A stretch of 64,000 bases of DNA, taken from the human T2T-CHM13v2.0 reference genome, Homo sapiens. Below the pieces are notes generated by a model that was given only the letters and a program-made list of their open reading frames with translations, was not told the origin of the DNA and did not search any database. Both the position numbers and the translations under genes were made by a program. The DNA is taken from NCBI RefSeq assembly GCF_009914755.1, contig NC_060931.1. One strand, written 5' to 3'. Shown in pieces: positions 58,000 to 64,000 of the stretch. The stretch's first letter is position 1, and each line of letters opens with the position of its first letter.

Positions 58000-58520
58000 T
58001 AAAGAGAGGAGAGAGATGAGCAACCCAACAAAGAAATGGGCAAAGAATATAAATGGGAATTTATAGAAGAAAAAGCCAAATGGTCAATAAATATATGAGA
58101 AGATATTGAACTTTATTAGTATATGGGGAAAAGCAAATTAAAATAATAAAATATTATTTCACAATCATCAGAGTGCAAAACTTAAAAGCCTGGGGTTGGT
58201 GAGGGTGCAGAGAAATTAGTACTTTTATGCACTGCTAGACATGGGGGGAGCAGAGTATAAAATTGAAAAGCATTTTGCTTATATCTTGCAAAGTTGAAGA
58301 TGTGCACATATTGTGACCCAACAAGTCTACTCCTAGATATCCACTCTAAAGAAAATTACACTTGGGCACAAGAAAATGTACAAAGATGTTTATTGCAGCC
58401 TTGTTTATCAGTGTAAAAAGTTGGAAACAACCTACAATGCTCATCAGTAGGGAAATGGATAAACTATAGCATATTAGTGCAGTAGGCTATTGAATAGCCA
58501 TTAAAATAATAATTGATCTA
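58000..58520 (+). mobile_element. Old L1ME fragment
   Basis: 'aaatgggcaaagaat', 'gtacaaagatgtttattgcagc', 'tggaaacaacct', 'aatggataaact'. Confidence 0.7.
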
Positions 58521-58529
58521 AATCAATAT

Positions 58530-59260
<731 letters not shown>

Positions 59261-59999
59261 TTATACAATAGGATACTGCTTGGATAAAAAAGTTTTTAAA
59301 CAGAGCAATATCATATGTTTACAGGCATATGTGCATATAGCAAAAGTAGAAAAATAGGCTTGTGAAGGATACACACCAATTTCATTATAGCAGTTGCCTC
59401 TGGAGAAGGGAATAAGATAGACTGGGGAGCAGTCTGAAGCAAATATAACAAATGCTAACATTTGTTTGACCTGGGTAGAAGATAATACACAGGTGTCTTA
59501 AATGTACTATTCTGTTCTTACCTGTATATAAAAATTCATAATCTAAAATTTAAAAATAAAAAGACCAAGACTAAAGTTCAGTACCTAAGAGCCTTGCCCA
59601 CTTTTCTGATTTGGTTTTTGGTGCTTTAATCTTAAAAATATATATATTCACCTCTCCACTAATGACTGAAGAATTTAAGATTCAGTGATGGGATTTGCTT
59701 CTGGTCACTCCTAGATTCTGGAACTTAAGACTCAAAAGCCCTGACTCCCAGACAAGGTGTTTCTCAACCATTAGACAGCTGGCTGGAACATAAGTGAATT
59801 TCTCTTGCTTTGTGAATTACCTGTGACCTGGTTAAATTTCCAGGAAGGGTCTCAGGTAGGGAGCAGAGATTTAAAGGAAATCTGTTCTATCATCTGTTGA
59901 CTTCTGTATTTCAGTTCTTCATCTTCTGTAAGATGAGGGTACATATACAATGTTCTGGAGAGAGATAGAGAGAGTAGGAAAGGGCATTTTTATTTCTTT

Positions 60000-60318
60000 T
60001 CTTCTTTCTTTCTTTTTTTTTTTTTTAAGAGACAGAGTCTTATTCTGTTACCCCAGGCTGGAGTGCAGTGACATGATCATAGCTCACTAAAGCCTCAAAC
60101 TCCTAAGCTCAAACGATCCTCCACCTCAGCCTCCTAAGTAGCTAGGACTACAGTCATGTGCCACTACACCTGGCTAATGTTTAAATTTTTTGTAGAGATA
60201 GGGTCATGCTATGTTGCCCAGGCTAGACTCAAACTCCTGGCCTCAAGCAATTCTCCTGCCTCAGCCTCTCAAAGTGCTGGGATTACAATCCTATAGGTCT
60301 GAGCCATCACACGTGGCT
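60000..60318 (-). mobile_element. Alu (AluJ-like)
   Basis: Poly-T followed by a diverged dimer. Confidence 0.85.
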
Positions 60319-60994
60319 GGCATTTTTATTTCTCATAAGCTTTTTGCATTTTGTATTGAGAGGCTGCTGTTAGCAAAGTTAGATTTTCCTGGGCACAGCA
60401 GCCCTTTGACAACCATAGCTGTTCTCTAGAGTTTTTTTTGCAGCCTCTGCTTTGTGGCTGTGGGCAGGAATCTAAACTTCTATACCCTTTGAGGAAACTT
60501 AGCAGGGAGAGAATGAACTGGTTCCAACCCTGAAGAACCATCTAGCACTTACTTTTCAGCCCTTGCCATGGTTTCCTGATCCAGCACAAGGATCTTTCCT
60601 CTAAGTTTCAGGAGTTGTGTTGCCCTCCTCTTCTCTTAGAGATGGGATAGTTCCTGGTTGGGTTGACAAAGCAGGAGTTGCAGCCCTGAGAAACAGGAGT
60701 GATGAGATTAAGCTCTCTGTGCTGCAGTCCTCCTCTTGGCCCTCACCAAATGTTGAAGGCTGCCTTCTCTGCTGCAGCAGCCAGCTGGCAGGAAGAGGAC
60801 AGGTTTGATGGTTTAATCTCCCAGGGACACAAGTGGCTATTTTTAACGTTGCTCTGAAAAGGAGGAAGCTAGCTTTGGATTCATTGGACACAGGAATGTG
60901 TTGGAAGCTTCAGCTCTTTCATGCCACCCTCTCTACTTTGGGCCTCTTCTTTAAGGATCTCCCGAATGTGACTGTTCTGTCTTTCCTGCCACAG

Positions 60995-61069
60995 AATTGT
61001 ATAGTTACACTGAGAACCTGGAATTCACCAATAACAGGAGGTGCTTTGAAGAAGATTTCAAGACTCAAG
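60995..61069 (+). CDS. STRIP2: STRIP2 coding exon 3 (ELYSYTENLEFTNNRRCFEEDFKTQ)
   Basis: ccacag| acceptor, G|gtaatt donor, 75 nt, phase 1-1; 'ELYSYTE' family motif. Confidence 0.92.
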
Positions 61070-61171
61070 GTAATTCCAGATCTTTACTCATAGAGACCTG
61101 CTTTTTCCTTTTATGATATACCAGCCTGATCTAGTAAAAGACTAAAACAAAGTGCGATCCTTCATCCCCTC

Positions 61172-61616
61172 TGTATTAGTTAGGGTTCTCTTAGAGGGAT
61201 AGAACTAATGTGATAAATAGATAGATATATATAAAGGGGAGTTTATTAAGTATTAACTTACACAATCACAAGGTCCCATAATAGGCTGTCTGCAAGCTGA
61301 GGAGCAAGGAGAGCCAGTCTGAGTCCCAAAACTGAAGAACTTGGAGTCCGATATTCGAGGGCAGGAACTATCCAGCACAGGAGAAAGATGTAGGCTGAAA
61401 GGCTAGGCCCATCTCTCCTTTTCATGTTTTTCTGCCTGTTTTATATTTGCTGGCAGCTAATTAGATTGTGCCCACCAGATTAAGGGTGGATCTGCCTTCC
61501 CCAGCCGGCTGACTCAAATGTTAATCTCTTCTGGCAACATCCTCACAGATATACCCAGGATCAATACTTTGTATCCTTCAATCCAATCAAGTTGACTCAC
61601 AGTATTAACCATCGCA
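61172..61616 (-). mobile_element. MLT2A-family LTR (3' LTR of HERV-L)
   Basis: The minus strand reads TGCGATGGTTAATACTG...GAGAACCCTAACTAATACA; polypurine tract AAGGGGTGGACT lies immediately 5' (61617-61628). Confidence 0.9.
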
Positions 61617-64000
61617 AGTCCACCCCTTGTCAGCTCGAACTCATACACATCTCCTGAGATCATACATAATCTTCAATTAAAGACAATAATAAGGGCATAG
61701 TTATGCCTAACATAATTGTACAAAGGATAACATAAATATCCTTTGTACAACTGGAAACTCACCAATCCCCAACCCAAATACTATTATATAAAGTTAACAA
61801 TACTTAAATGCTGATATGAAGTCAATAAATCTTATGTCACATGATAAAGGAGAAAGAAAATAAAATGAAGATATTAATACAAGTGTATACACGCACAAAC
61901 ATGTTTTTAACAAAAGAAGAAGGAAATACTCATGACCAGCTGGTCACGTGGTCGTAGCTGGTATTGATGACTACCTTCTTCTACTACCCATTCTGTATTC
62001 CCTTTGCATTCAGCAAGCAGCTTGGCAGGTCGTGGTTTTTTTCCTGGTGGAGTAATCCAAACCTTCATTCCTGAGGGGTCTGGGTCATTTGTAGTCCTGC
62101 CTGGATTGGGGTGTTGTAGTTTCCCATCGACCTTAATCACAGGGCATAGTAATACTAAGAGACGCCCTAATGGATCTCCTGTATTCCATGCATACTCTTC
62201 CTTACCTCCGTTGTGGAGTAGTAGACTGATTTCATCTTGATAGTCTGGGTCAGTCACCCCAGCCAACACTGTAACTCCCTTCTTAGCCTGTTGACTTAAA
62301 GGTAGGAGGACCCCAAAGTGTCCAGGTGGCAATCTTAACTTCCAGTTTAATGGAATCATTGTTGTGTCTCCTGGTGGCAGTTTCCTCCCTCTGGAGCTAA
62401 AACCTCTAGGCCAGCAGAACGTAATGTCACGGGAACAGGAAGCAAAAATTTTGCTACTAGATCACTAGGGGTGATGGTGAGTGGTGCCACTTCCACCCCT
62501 TGATTCCTGGACCGGTGAATCCTGACTATGGGAAAAACAGTACCATATGTTGGATGCTGATTCAGAGCATACACGGCCTTCTGGAGAACTTTGCCCCAGC
62601 CCTGCAAAGTATTGTCACCTAGTTGGCATTGTAATTGTGACTTCAAAAGGCCATTTCACCGTTCTATCAATCCAGCTGCTTCAGGATGATGGGGAACATG
62701 GTAAGACCATGAGCATGAGCCCACTGCCACACTTCTTTAGCCATGAAATGAGTGCCTTGGTCAGAGGCAATGCTTTGTGGAATACCATGACGGTGGATGA
62801 GGCATTCCATGAGTCCATGGATGGTAGTCTTGGCAGAAGCATTGCTTGCAGGATAGGCAAACCCTTATCTGGAGTAAGTGTCTATTCTAGTGAGGACAAA
62901 CCTCTGCCCTTTCCATGACAGAAGAGGTCCAATACAATCAACCTGCCACCAGGTAGCTGGCTGATCACCCTGAGGAATGGTGCCTTATCCAGGGCTCAGT
63001 GTTGGTCTCTGCTGCTAGCAAATTGGGCACTCAGCAGTGGCCGTAGCCAGGTCAACCTTGGTGAGTGGAAGTCCATGTTACTGAGCCCATGCGTAACTTC
63101 CGTCCCTGCCACAGTGGCCACTTTGCTCATGGGCCCATTGGACAATGACAGAGGTGCTGGGGAAAGAGGCTGATTGGTGTCCACAGAACGGGTCATCCTA
63201 TCCACTTGATTATTAAACTCCTTCTCTGCTTTGGTCACCCACTGGTGAACACTCACATGGAGTACAAATATCTTCATAGTTTTTGACCACTCAGAGAGGT
63301 CCATCCACATACTTCTTTCCCCAATTTTTTTGTCACCAATTTTCCAATCATGCTTCTTCCAAGTCCCTGACCATCCAGCCAAATCATTGGCTATAGCCCA
63401 TGAATCAGTATTTAATCGCACATCTTACCATTTATCCTTCCATGCAAAGTACACAGCCAGGTGCACTGCTCAAAGTTCTGCCCACTGGGAAGATTTCCCT
63501 TCACTGCTGTCCTTCAGGGATGTCCTAGAAAGGGGCTGTAGTGCTGCAGCCATCCACTTTCAGGTGGTGCCTGCATATCGTGCAGAACCATCTGTAAACC
63601 AGGCCCTGGTCTTCTCTTCCTCTGTCAACTTATAGGGAGCTCCCCATGAGGCCATCAGTGCAGGCTGGGGGAAAGAAGCCAGGGTGGCAGGACTGGAGAC
63701 CATGGGCATTTGAGCCACTTCCTCATGTAACTTACTTGTGCCTTCAGGACCTGCTTGAGCCCGATCACGTATATACCACTTCCATTTGATGATGGAATGC
63801 TGCTGTGCACGACCCACTTTATGGCTTGATGGGTCAGAAAGCACTCAGTTCATGATAGGCAGTTGAGGTCGCATGGTGACTTGATGACCCATAGTCAAAC
63901 GTTCAGTTTCCACCAAAGACCAGTAACAGGCCAAGAGCTGTCTCTCAAAAGTAAAGTAGTTATCTGCAGAAGATGGCAGGGCCTTGCTCCAAAATCCTAA
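61617..64000 (-). mobile_element. HERV-L internal region (degenerate pol: RNase H, integrase, dUTPase); continues beyond the window
   Basis: ORF fragments 'WFTDGSARYAG' (RNase H), 'TDSWAIAN..AGWS..W' (RNase H), 'LQKAVYALNQ.P.YG' (integrase), 'IPLNWKLRLPPGHFG...VLAGV.DPDYQDEI' (dUTPase after integrase, typical of ERV-L); frameshifts and stops between them. Confidence 0.92.

Overview
Primate (almost certainly human) genomic DNA, rich in Alu, L1, L2, MIR and LTR repeats; nothing prokaryotic and no CRISPR array. On the + strand are the last 15 exons of AHCYL2 (Long-IRBIT, a SAH-hydrolase-like pseudoenzyme; CDS pieces 6030-44016, 3'UTR to about 47185). About 4 kb later lie the CpG-island promoter and first three coding exons of STRIP2 (FAM40B; ATG 51444). 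I checked all exon borders by GT/AG signals and codon phase. The introns hold an antisense processed copy of CDC26 (APC/C subunit) with an intact 85-codon ORF, poly(A) remnant and 15-bp TSD; a U7 snRNA retrocopy with TSD; and, at the right end, an antisense HERV-L provirus (MLT2A 3' LTR, dUTPase, integrase, RNase H). The most notable unexplained signals are the intact CDC26 retrocopy; a +1-frame overlapping ORF of at least 77 codons across STRIP2 exons 1-3; a weak last donor plus intronic AATAAA that could give AHCYL2 a new C-terminus; an in-frame upstream acceptor adding a hydrophobic 15-mer to AHCYL2; and a 220-bp templated insertion inside an Alu. I see no evidence of a wholly new biological system, and these are testable hypotheses. 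Gene and repeat names come from my recall of sequences, not database searches. Repeat borders are approximate.
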